This document shows, in pieces, positions 1-8,817 of a stretch of 32,000 nt of DNA (position 1 is its first letter; each line of letters starts with the position of its first letter). Origin of the DNA: Candidatus Heimdallarchaeota archaeon (GTDB lineage: Archaea > Asgardarchaeota > Heimdallarchaeia > Heimdallarchaeales > Kariarchaeaceae); contig JASBSB010000006.1 of assembly GCA_030149205.1 (NCBI GenBank), forward strand, positions 210,001-242,000. Direction: 5' to 3'. A program made the position numbers and the translations under genes. Under the pieces are notes generated by a model that saw only the letters and a program-made list of their open reading frames with translations, did not search any database and was not told the origin of the DNA.

Positions 1-1
1 T

Positions 2-298
2 TATGATAACGGGTATTTTGGACAGAAGATACCACCAAAAGACATCTGCATTCCTTGTTACCAAGCACAAAATACACCGAGTTTTAATCCTATTCTTTTG
101 CTAAGCACAATTTTAGGTCTCTCTGTGGCTCTTGTACCTTTTTTTCAATTTGGTGGTGATGGATTTTTGTATTATTTTTGGATATTGATGTCCTCGATAA
201 TACTTTTTCCTGTTATTATTATGTTTTCTTTGAAATTAACGATTTATAATTCTAAAAAGAAATACAAAACTACCTTGATTTATGGATCTGGAAGCTGA
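2..298 (+). CDS. Partial (5' end outside window) Cys-motif membrane-hairpin protein, paralog of 517..1095
   Basis: Frame is open from base 2 (YDNGYFGQKIPPKDICIPCYQAQNTPSFNP...), so the ORF-track TTG at 98 is probably not the start. CIPCY is followed by two hydrophobic segments and a basic tail. Confidence 0.75.
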   Translation, partial: YDNGYFGQKIPPKDICIPCYQAQNTPSFNPILLLSTILGLSVALVPFFQFGGDGFLYYFWILMSSIILFPVIIMFSLKLTIYNSKKKYKTTLIYGSGS

Positions 299-516
299 GA
301 AATAAAAGTAAATTGAGAGCTTTGGAAATTTTTCATATAAAGTTATTTTTCTTATTCCGTAGATTTAGTTTGATAAATCGAAAAAGGATGATATACAATT
401 TCGGAATGATTTATTTAACTTCGTACAGAAAAAAATGACAATAATTTTTTGATTTTTTGAGTAAACTCAGATATGTACTGAAAAAGATTTAATTAGTCAA
501 AGAGAGGATTGTATGT

Positions 517-1095
517 ATGAGCAACACGACAGTTTGTGCTTATCATCCAGACAGATATGCAGTCAATATCTGTGAACGTTGCAGAAGTCCAATCTGTGCA
601 AATGATCTCAGAGTATATCGAAAAACGAGAACAGAATGGGTGGGTGAAGTTGCAACTGAGAGTGTAGAAAGTTTTAATTATTGTCTCCCCTGTTTTGCTG
701 ACCAAACTACTCAGGATGTGAACCCTTCAGGAGTACTAATTATAGCTAGTGTAATTATTGTATTATTTCTAGCCTTTTTTCAAATTGCCTCAAGAGATTT
801 TGCCGGGTTTTTTATTTTGTTTGCTCTTGCTGCAGTTATTATCACTCTAGTGGGCTATTTAAACAAAAAAAGTAAAGCTGAAAAAGCTCAATCAGAACTT
901 ATGATGTTTCAACAGGGTCTTGAGAGCTATGACAAAGGCAGTAAAAGAAATTCAAATACACATTTAACCTCTAGCCATAATAAGTTGGAGATTAATTGCT
1001 TCCAGTGTGGACAGATTTTGCAAAAAGGAGATAGATTCTGTAACAACTGTGGAGATTCCACTGAAGATGAGAAAATGGTGTTTGGAGAATTCTAA
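517..1095 (+). CDS. B-box-like zinc finger + 2 TM helices + C-terminal zinc ribbon protein
   Basis: CAYHP...CERC...ICANDL (B-box-like), CLPC, two hydrophobic helices, and CFQCG-x8-FCNNCG zinc ribbon. Confidence 0.8.
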   Translation: MSNTTVCAYHPDRYAVNICERCRSPICANDLRVYRKTRTEWVGEVATESVESFNYCLPCFADQTTQDVNPSGVLIIASVIIVLFLAFFQIASRDFAGFFILFALAAVIITLVGYLNKKSKAEKAQSELMMFQQGLESYDKGSKRNSNTHLTSSHNKLEINCFQCGQILQKGDRFCNNCGDSTEDEKMVFGEF

Positions 1096-1324
1096 AATGA
1101 AACATTATTGTACTAACCTGGATTAAGGTACAATACATTGATTTGAAAGATCAATTTAGAAATTATATCCCTAGAAATTGAAAATTTTAGTTGTTTGTTC
1201 TAAAGAGATCCACGTTGATCTTCTCTATTTTATTTTGAAATAATAGATAACAACTGTGAAGAAGATGTGTTAATTTAACCTATTAAACTGCAAAAATTTT
1301 TAAAATGGAAGGAAATAGAGCCTC

Positions 1325-1891
1325 ATGTACTCAGGAGAGCTCGTAATTTTAAGACTACTTGATAAGACGTATATAGACTCAATGACTGCACAGATGAGAG
1401 AATATAACTCACTAAAATCAGTTGGGAGGGTCTTTCCAATATCAAGGAGTATTGAGGAAAATTTTGTTGAACACACCCTTAATCAGTACAAAAAGGGATC
1501 TGGTTATTATTTCGCAATGGTAAACAAAAACACCGATGAGCTTCTGGGTACCTGCTCATTAGACAATATCGATCCTAAGGATAGGAGAGGTGTCTTGGGA
1601 ATATTGATTTTTCAGGCAAAAAACCAAAACATGGGATATGGGACTGACGCCATGAAACTGTTATTATGGTTTGGTTTCACAGCGTTAAATCTTCACAGAA
1701 TTGAACTGACGGTTTTCGATTTTAATGAGATTGCTATCCATGTATATGAAAAAGTAGGATTTACAAAAGTTGGGAGAAAAAGAGAGGCATACTTTGTTGA
1801 TGGGGTGTATAATGATGTATTGGTTATGGATATATTAGAGGGAGAGTATTATTCAAACCATCCCAGAGGTAGTAAACCTCCATGGGAATGA
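1325..1891 (+). CDS. GNAT N-acetyltransferase, RimJ/RimL (SpeG-like) family
   Basis: LLGTCSL, acetyl-CoA motif NQNMGYGTDAM, LNLHRIEL, N-x-x-A-x-x-x-YEKVGF, and C-terminal YNDVLVM. Confidence 0.9.
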   Translation: MYSGELVILRLLDKTYIDSMTAQMREYNSLKSVGRVFPISRSIEENFVEHTLNQYKKGSGYYFAMVNKNTDELLGTCSLDNIDPKDRRGVLGILIFQAKNQNMGYGTDAMKLLLWFGFTALNLHRIELTVFDFNEIAIHVYEKVGFTKVGRKREAYFVDGVYNDVLVMDILEGEYYSNHPRGSKPPWE

Positions 1892-1972
1892 AATTAAGAA
1901 TTTACTTTTAAAAGACTCTAGAGTGAATAATTATAAATGAAGAATTTAGGGTAACACAGAGAAAGATTTGAG

Positions 1973-4900
1973 ATGGATATTGATGAGTTAGATTTAGATT
2001 TTCAGTTTAAAGAGATACTTAAGACTCATGGAATAGAATCACTTTTTCCTCCTCAAGCGGATGCTATTAGATCTGGACTTCTTGAAGGGAAAAATCATGT
2101 CGTAGCCATACCAACAGCAAGTGGTAAGACTCTAATTGCAATCTTAGCAATTGTAAATAGACTATTAAAATATCGAGGGAAAGCTGTATACCTGGCACCA
2201 TTACGAGCTTTAGCTTCAGAGAAATACGATGAGATTCGAGAATTTGTCACTCCTCTGGGATTATCTGTGGGAATCGCAACTGGTGACTTAGATTCTGAAA
2301 AGGAATGGGTGGGAAACAAAGATATTATAATAGCTACCAATGAGAAATTTGACTCATTCATTAGACAGAGAAAATTTTGGCTTAACGACATTGATATAAT
2401 AATTTCAGACGAAATACATGTGATCAATGATAATAAAAGAGGACCTGTTTTGGAGGTTGTACTATCACAGATCAAACAAAAACTCCCCACTTGTCAAATA
2501 ATTGCTCTTTCAGCAACAATAAGTAACTCCTCTGAGTTAGCTGAATGGTTGGGAGCTGAGTTAATTACATCTGAATGGCGACCGGTTAGTCTAAAGGAGG
2601 GTATCTGGGAGTCTGGAACCATTTATTTTGATGACAGAACAAAAACTGATGAGGGAAGACCTTCCTCAAGAACCCCATATGTGGATCTTGCGATCAATGG
2701 TGTAAATCAAGGTGGACAAAGTTTGGTGTTTTGTAACACCAGAAATAGTGTGATCCAAACAGCAAAAAAGATAGCAGAAAAATATTCTAAGTCTTTAAAT
2801 GAAGTTGAGAGGGAAAATCTTGAAGGACTAAAGAAATTGGTTCTTGCAACTGGTGAGAAAACTAAACTTAGTCAGGATCTGGCAGATTTAATCTCTCAAG
2901 GTGTAGCATTCCACCATGCAGGGTTGCATAATAAACATAGAAAGATAATTGAGAAGGCGTTTAAACAGAGGAAAATCAAGATTCTGACTGCTTCTCCCAC
3001 ACTTTGTCTTGACGGATCTACTGAAATTATGGTGGGGTTAAATTCGACAAGGCTAGACAGTACAGGTACTAAAACAACAACATTCTCGGTTCATGATAAC
3101 AGGATCGATTGTGAAAGTGGAGTGAATGTCCTAAGGAACTATAATGATCAATATATGCTGTCTATTTCAACTAAAGACGGAAGGACATTAACTGGAACAG
3201 GTAACCATAAAATTATGGTTCAACGTGGGTTAAGAAGACAATTAATACCTTTGAAAGATGTTAAGGAATCAGACCTTTTGATTTCGGCATTAAAGTTACC
3301 ATTTAAGCAGACCATTAATAGATTCTCCGAACTCACTAGTAGGAAGAATTTAAGTAAGTCAACAGGTTTTATTGACCTTTCACTTGACAATGAGCTTGGA
3401 TTTTTATTCGCAATATTTTACCTCTGTGAAATGCCCTATGATTTTAACGGATGCTTAGTAATTAGTGTAAAAAATCTCCCAACATTGAATAAATATTCAA
3501 AAGAAGTAGAGAATCTCTCTCAGAAATTTAAGAAGAGTATCCTTGAAGTAAAGAGGTCAAACGAGGAACTTACCTTCATTTTACATGGTTGGTTGGCTAA
3601 ATTCGTTATTGACACCCAGATAAAGGAAGGATTATTCCCTAGTAAGTTTCATCAAGCTCCTCCAGCTTTTCTTGTAAGTTTCACAAGGTATTTTTTACAA
3701 AGTGGTAACCCTTTAGAATACAGCATAAAAGTCAGAAATCATAAATTAGCAAAGAATTTGAGAAATTTATTCTTGCTTTTTGGTATCGTTCTAAGTGTTT
3801 CTAAGAATACAATAACTTTCAAAGAGTCAATAAGCACAGTATTATCAAAGATACAGCTCTCTAGTCTAACTGATAAGGGCGAGTTAGGGCAGATACCAAT
3901 ACTAAATATTTCTGAGACCCAGATACAAGAAATGGTCTACGATGTTCAAGTTCGAACACCTGAGAATAATTTTCTATTTCTTGCAAATGGATTTGTCGTT
4001 CATAATTCAGCTGGAGTTAATACACCAAGTAGGAGGGTAATCATTAGATCCTTACATAGATATACCTCAGGATTTGGAAATCAATATATCCCGGTATTGG
4101 AGTATAAGCAGATGGCTGGAAGAGCTGGGAGACCTAAATATGACGATTATGGGGAATCTATTCTCCTTGCCAAGAATGAGATGGAAAAAGATGAGCTAAT
4201 GAACAGGTATGTGACTGCTGAAACTGAAATGATATTCTCTAAACTAGGGTCAGAACCCTCGTTGAGAATGCATCTGTTGTCCTTTATAGTTTCAGGAGAT
4301 GTGTTTGACTTTGATTCCGCCTTGGATATGATATCAACAACATTTTATGGTTACCAAAATTCAGATCAGCTGTTTTTTATTGAAGAGACTGTAGAACGAA
4401 CCTTTAATGTTTTAACGGAGGCCAAGTTGATTTCAAGTACTGAGCCCTACACACCCACCCCATTTGGACGAAAGGTAAACGAGTTATATCTTGATCCACT
4501 TTCCGCACAAATAATCAAGGAGGGATTGCAGCAGGTTGGGAATAAATATTTATCAGATATTGTTTATTTCCACCTTCTTACGACTACCCCAAATGTACGA
4601 ACTTTTTATGTAAGGGAGAAAGAGATGGAGGAAGTAATTGGTTTGGTCGAAGAATGGAGCAATAAAATCATCACACCTGAAAGCTTAGATAGTGAGATCA
4701 GGTGGGATTTTCTATTACAAGAAATGAAAACCGCCCAGGTCTTAATCGAGTGGATAAATGAAACTAGTGAGTCAGATCTACTGGAAAGATATAATGTAAC
4801 CTCTGGAGATTTGTATAATATTATTAATACAATGGAATGGTTGTTAAGGTCCTCTGAGGAGATTTCAAAACTATTTAAGCTCAATAAACATGCAGAAAGG

Positions 4901-5215
4901 TTGAAGAAACTGAACAAACGTCTTAAGTACGGTATTTCTGAAGAACTAATCTCCTTGACAGAGATCCATCTTATTGGGAGAAAGCGTGCGAGAATTCTGT
5001 ACAACATGGGAATTAAATCAGTTAAAGACTTTATTACTCATCCTCGACCCTCCTTAGCCAAAGCATTAGGACCAAAGAACCTAGAAGCCATACTGAGAAC
5101 TTTGGACAATACCTCAATCTCAGATGACAATGTAGAGGAATTAATAGAGGAAGACTTTGATTTAGAGGAAGACACAGAAATCAATCAAAAGGGTTTAGAG
5201 TTCTTTTTTGGATGA
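1973..5215 (+). CDS. hel308: Ski2-like SF2 helicase Hel308/Hjm precursor containing one intein
   Basis: Q motif LFPPQ, Walker A PTASGKT, DEIH box, LSAT, FHHAGL, split motif V (SPTL|SAGVN), QMAGRAGRP, C-terminal helical and HhH region (IHLIGRKRARIL). Confidence 0.95.
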   Translation: MDIDELDLDFQFKEILKTHGIESLFPPQADAIRSGLLEGKNHVVAIPTASGKTLIAILAIVNRLLKYRGKAVYLAPLRALASEKYDEIREFVTPLGLSVGIATGDLDSEKEWVGNKDIIIATNEKFDSFIRQRKFWLNDIDIIISDEIHVINDNKRGPVLEVVLSQIKQKLPTCQIIALSATISNSSELAEWLGAELITSEWRPVSLKEGIWESGTIYFDDRTKTDEGRPSSRTPYVDLAINGVNQGGQSLVFCNTRNSVIQTAKKIAEKYSKSLNEVERENLEGLKKLVLATGEKTKLSQDLADLISQGVAFHHAGLHNKHRKIIEKAFKQRKIKILTASPTLCLDGSTEIMVGLNSTRLDSTGTKTTTFSVHDNRIDCESGVNVLRNYNDQYMLSISTKDGRTLTGTGNHKIMVQRGLRRQLIPLKDVKESDLLISALKLPFKQTINRFSELTSRKNLSKSTGFIDLSLDNELGFLFAIFYLCEMPYDFNGCLVISVKNLPTLNKYSKEVENLSQKFKKSILEVKRSNEELTFILHGWLAKFVIDTQIKEGLFPSKFHQAPPAFLVSFTRYFLQSGNPLEYSIKVRNHKLAKNLRNLFLLFGIVLSVSKNTITFKESISTVLSKIQLSSLTDKGELGQIPILNISETQIQEMVYDVQVRTPENNFLFLANGFVVHNSAGVNTPSRRVIIRSLHRYTSGFGNQYIPVLEYKQMAGRAGRPKYDDYGESILLAKNEMEKDELMNRYVTAETEMIFSKLGSEPSLRMHLLSFIVSGDVFDFDSALDMISTTFYGYQNSDQLFFIEETVERTFNVLTEAKLISSTEPYTPTPFGRKVNELYLDPLSAQIIKEGLQQVGNKYLSDIVYFHLLTTTPNVRTFYVREKEMEEVIGLVEEWSNKIITPESLDSEIRWDFLLQEMKTAQVLIEWINETSESDLLERYNVTSGDLYNIINTMEWLLRSSEEISKLFKLNKHAERLKKLNKRLKYGISEELISLTEIHLIGRKRARILYNMGIKSVKDFITHPRPSLAKALGPKNLEAILRTLDNTSISDDNVEELIEEDFDLEEDTEINQKGLEFFFG
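3005..4006 (+). mobile_element. Intein (334 aa, residues 345-678) in Hel308 motif V, with degenerate LAGLIDADG domain
   Basis: Block A CLDGSTEIMV, block B TGNH (TxxH), block F VYDVQV, block G VVHN followed by extein Ser. Removing it restores SPTL-SAGVNTP. Confidence 0.93.
5186..5209 (+). other. C-terminal PCNA-interacting (PIP) box of Hel308
   Basis: QKGLEFFF matches Q-x-x-L-x-x-F-F at the extreme C-terminus, after an acidic linker. Confidence 0.7.
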
Positions 5216-5278
5216 GAGCTGTTGGTATAGATATTTTGATTACGTAATATTTAAAACTCTAATGTTTATTTAAAATTA

Positions 5279-5470
5279 ATGAAATTTAAGCTGTTATTCG
5301 TTCCACTAGGTTTACTAGTGAGTAACCTGTTGTTATCTGTTAGTGCAGATCCTCATTCAGGGGCGAGTTCAGTTTCCTTTAATGCGGTTGTTCCTATAAT
5401 AACACTTGCTGTCCTTGGATTTGCATCGACAAAACTAATAAAAAGAGAACCAAAAGAACTAAACGAATAG
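5279..5470 (+). CDS. 63-aa microprotein: signal peptide + short linker + C-terminal TM anchor with basic tail
   Basis: MKFK + hydrophobic core + VSA|D cleavage-like site; second hydrophobic segment AVVPIITLAVLGFAS followed by KLIKRE. Fills the gap between two real genes. Confidence 0.65.
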   Translation: MKFKLLFVPLGLLVSNLLLSVSADPHSGASSVSFNAVVPIITLAVLGFASTKLIKREPKELNE

Positions 5471-5518
5471 AACTATATCTGATTCCTTTAGAAATAACTA
5501 TGAGCCAGAAACAATTAA

Positions 5519-6550
5519 GTGCCGAGGATATATTATTCCGACAAGGGATTAAAACACTTTATGGGTGAAAATCATCTTGAATCACCTACCAGATTAAAAG
5601 TGTTAAGAGATGCCTTTTCCAATCAATCAACACTTTCTGTGAAATGGAAAGAAGCTAGGGATGCCACTCAAACCGAGCTTGAAACAACTCATTCAATCAC
5701 ACATATTGAAGAAATAGAGGAATCTCAAAATCACCAGTTCACAGAATTCACCCCTGATACAATTGCAAATGAGTTTACATACGAAGCAGCTTTATCCGCA
5801 GCGGGTGGAACAATTCAAGCAGCTCTATATGCCTTTGAAAAAAAACAGATCACTTTTGCAATGCTTAGACCTCCAGGTCATCATGCAACACATTCTGCTG
5901 CAATGGGATTTTGTTTCTTTAATAATGTAGCAATTGCAGCTAACATTTTAAGAACCGAAAAAAATTTAGATAAAATTGTAATCCTAGACATCGATAATCA
6001 CCATGGAAACGGAACACAAAGTCTTTTTTACCAGACCCCTGAGGTATTATATATTAGTCTACACGCACACCCAGCCTTTGCCTATCCTGGTACGGGATTA
6101 TGTACAGAAACAGGAGATGGCCTAGGATCTGGATTTAATATAAATATCCCTCTAACTTATCACATTGATGACAAAAACTACCTTTTAGCCATAGATGAAA
6201 TAGTTCTTCCAATAATTAACATTTATGATCCTCAAATGATGTTGATCTCATTAGGTTTGGACGGTTTACAAAATGACCCCTATGGAGCGTTATCTCTCTC
6301 TCCAGATGGGTTTTATGAGATTGGTAATAAACTAACTCAACTAAATGTCGTCAAAAATGGAAGAGTATCAGTAGTTTTAGAGGGAGGGTATAATTATGAA
6401 GACATGGGAAGAGCTACGGTTAACTTTTTTGAGGGAATAGAAGGAGTAGAGAGGGTAATTTCTCAGGAAGAATCTGATATCGACCCCGAGTTTATACGAA
6501 TTCTCCGCAAGGTAAAAGGTATTCAACGGGGATATTGGATTGGATTATAA
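5519..6550 (+). CDS. Zn-dependent histone deacetylase family (HDAC/AcuC/APAH) protein
   Basis: RPPGHHA, GFCFFNN, DIDNHHGNGTQ, SLH, YPGTG, GLDG..DP and LEGGY are all intact; GTG start. Confidence 0.95.
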   Translation: MPRIYYSDKGLKHFMGENHLESPTRLKVLRDAFSNQSTLSVKWKEARDATQTELETTHSITHIEEIEESQNHQFTEFTPDTIANEFTYEAALSAAGGTIQAALYAFEKKQITFAMLRPPGHHATHSAAMGFCFFNNVAIAANILRTEKNLDKIVILDIDNHHGNGTQSLFYQTPEVLYISLHAHPAFAYPGTGLCTETGDGLGSGFNINIPLTYHIDDKNYLLAIDEIVLPIINIYDPQMMLISLGLDGLQNDPYGALSLSPDGFYEIGNKLTQLNVVKNGRVSVVLEGGYNYEDMGRATVNFFEGIEGVERVISQEESDIDPEFIRILRKVKGIQRGYWIGL

Positions 6551-6924
6551 TTGATCGTTTATTTAGATAAGGGGTTTCTAGCAAATTTTCAGAAGAGTTG
6601 ATGTGCGAAAATTTAATTCAAAAACACATCAGCTACAGCTAATTTGATTTGGATGCTTGCCAAACCAACCAAAACTTTTAAATAATCATTTTTTCCACAG
6701 GTGTTTGCTCAATTATGGTAACAAAACTGTCAATTTGTTGGAGAATTTCCCCATTTGCATTTTGGACAGTTAATTTTGAGCTGAGCTAATAAATCAAAAA
6801 TTTAAATTGAAAACCTAATGAGCTTAAAGACAGTTTTTTTTAATAAAAATTTTTAATATTTGGTTCCCTTTTTTTAAGAGCTGCTTATAGAACATAATCA
6901 ACTCCAACACTAATCACAAGAAAA

Positions 6925-8142
6925 ATGAAATTCAGAAGAGTTAATCTTACTTCAGTAGATGCCTACTACTTCCTTAGGTCAGACCAGATGAGTCTTATAT
7001 TGTTGCCAATAATTTTAAAATGGGAAAAGGCTAACCTAACCATATCCCAAATGCTACTTTTGCAGGGTATATTTGCAATAGCAATTACTTTGTTAGAGGT
7101 TCCAACCGGTGTAATTTCAGACAAATTGACAAGGACTTTGGTGTTGAAGGCAGGATACACCTTAGTCTTTCTTGGAACTATTTTGTACTGGGGAAGCAAC
7201 TCTTTCAGCGGATTCTTGATCGCTGAATTAATATTTGCACTAGCCCTTAGTCTAATCTCTGGAACTCTGAATGCTTATTTATTTGAGTACTTGGTCTCAG
7301 AACAAAAAGAAGCAAAAGCTAAATCAATTTTTAGTAAATCCTTAAGTCTGAGACTAGGAACAAGTGTCATAGGAATTTTGCTAGGAGGTTCCATCTATGA
7401 ATTGAATAATAACATCCCTTTTGCCATGGCAAGCATCATAGCATGGATGAAATTAAGCGTCACTTTCCTCATTCCAAAGGTAGAAAATTCAATTCAACAT
7501 AATGAAAACGCGGTTAGGAAAGGAGATAACCTGATAATCAAAGCAATACATGCAGTTGTCTATAATTCGAGGATATTGCAGGTGTTTCTTTTAACTCTAT
7601 TCATAATCGTTCCTTTTAAAATCCAGTTCTGGACCTACAAACCTCTCATGAGTGGATTTGGATTTAGTTTAGAATTAATTGGTCTCTTATTTGCTTTGTT
7701 GAACTGTGTGGCAATTCTATTTTCTTACCTGGCTAAAAAGATATCAATCAGTCCTCTAAATGTGTTTATTATCATTAGTTTAGGGATATTTGGTCTTTGG
7801 ATGTTAGCACTGTCGACTGAGTTTGGTCCACTTCTTATTGGAATGATAATAGCACAAGTGTTGAGAGGTGGGGTTCAACCAGTCTTACAGGTTGAATTGC
7901 AAAAAAGTCTGAGCAATGACATTAGAGCGACAGTAGCAAGTTTAATCTCGATGGTCTCAAATTTGGTTTTTGGAATGTTGACATTTGTTTATAATTTAAA
8001 CAATTTGAACATAGGCCAAGTAAATTGGTTGACTGCCTCCCTAACTATGCTTCTAGCTCTGTTATTTGGAATTCCTTCTCTAATGAGGATAATAGTTGAC
8101 AATAAGGTTGTTAAGGTTCAAAAACCCAAACCGTTAAGCTAA
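6925..8142 (+). CDS. MFS transporter
   Basis: About 12 hydrophobic segments; motif-A-like EVPTGVISDKLTR; RATVASL in the C-terminal half. Confidence 0.9.
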   Translation: MKFRRVNLTSVDAYYFLRSDQMSLILLPIILKWEKANLTISQMLLLQGIFAIAITLLEVPTGVISDKLTRTLVLKAGYTLVFLGTILYWGSNSFSGFLIAELIFALALSLISGTLNAYLFEYLVSEQKEAKAKSIFSKSLSLRLGTSVIGILLGGSIYELNNNIPFAMASIIAWMKLSVTFLIPKVENSIQHNENAVRKGDNLIIKAIHAVVYNSRILQVFLLTLFIIVPFKIQFWTYKPLMSGFGFSLELIGLLFALLNCVAILFSYLAKKISISPLNVFIIISLGIFGLWMLALSTEFGPLLIGMIIAQVLRGGVQPVLQVELQKSLSNDIRATVASLISMVSNLVFGMLTFVYNLNNLNIGQVNWLTASLTMLLALLFGIPSLMRIIVDNKVVKVQKPKPLS

Positions 8143-8606
8143 GGTATGTAAATTACAGAGTTTGGTTTTCCAAAAATAATTTGGATCTTTGGATCTCTCT
8201 TTTCTAACTTTCTAATGTATGCTCGAACAGTAGATTGTGGAACCTGCAAAAGTTTTGCAAGTTGGGTAGTTGTGAAAGGTTTATTTTCATGGTTTATTAA
8301 GAACTGGTGGATTTTTTCAATTATTAACCCTCTAACGGGTTCCTTCCCATCTACTGTCTCTTGTTTTGGAAGGTCTCCTCTTAAAATTGAGTCTACATAA
8401 TTAAATCTTTGTTCCTTCTTTAAATTTCTTATGCGGGGTATCTTTTCAACTAACATCGCATATAATTGAATCGCCTCTACAGTATATTGAGTTTGACTTA
8501 TCTCCATCATCTCAGCGTATCGCTTAACAGTATCTAGTGTTTCTGCAGACCATCTTTGAGAAATTGAGATTTTCTTAGATTTTGTTGGCAATTGAGAGGT
8601 ATTCAT
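8139..8606 (-). CDS. Putative transcription regulator: N-terminal ribbon-helix-helix-like + C-terminal winged HTH
   Basis: KISISQRWSAETLDTVKRYAEMMEISQTQYTVEAI follows the beta-alpha-alpha RHH pattern; FTTTQLAKLLQVPQSTVRAYIRKL is an HTH followed by a beta wing. Confidence 0.7.
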   Translation of the reverse strand: MNTSQLPTKSKKISISQRWSAETLDTVKRYAEMMEISQTQYTVEAIQLYAMLVEKIPRIRNLKKEQRFNYVDSILRGDLPKQETVDGKEPVRGLIIEKIHQFLINHENKPFTTTQLAKLLQVPQSTVRAYIRKLEKRDPKIQIIFGKPNSVIYIP

Positions 8607-8817
8607 AATGTGAGAATTTATGTTCTTTGGTCAAGATTCAATCTAGTAACAATGAGTCCCGGACCATCGATTAATTTAACCTTATTTACTACTTAAGTTA
8701 GGACAATTATTTTTTGTACATCAAAAATTCAAACTCTTATCAATTAGTTTTATCCAACCCTGCTCAAAAAAGATTTTTAACTCTAAATGCTGTTGAAACA
8801 AGAGGATAAACTCAGAT

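Noticed and set aside
1096-1324. Cluster of short inverted repeats (1106-1135, 1137-1155, 1206-1221) suggesting an ncRNA
   Set aside because: The stems are AT-rich and only 5-8 bp, with no C/D or H/ACA boxes or tRNA features. They are compatible with terminator or background sequence.
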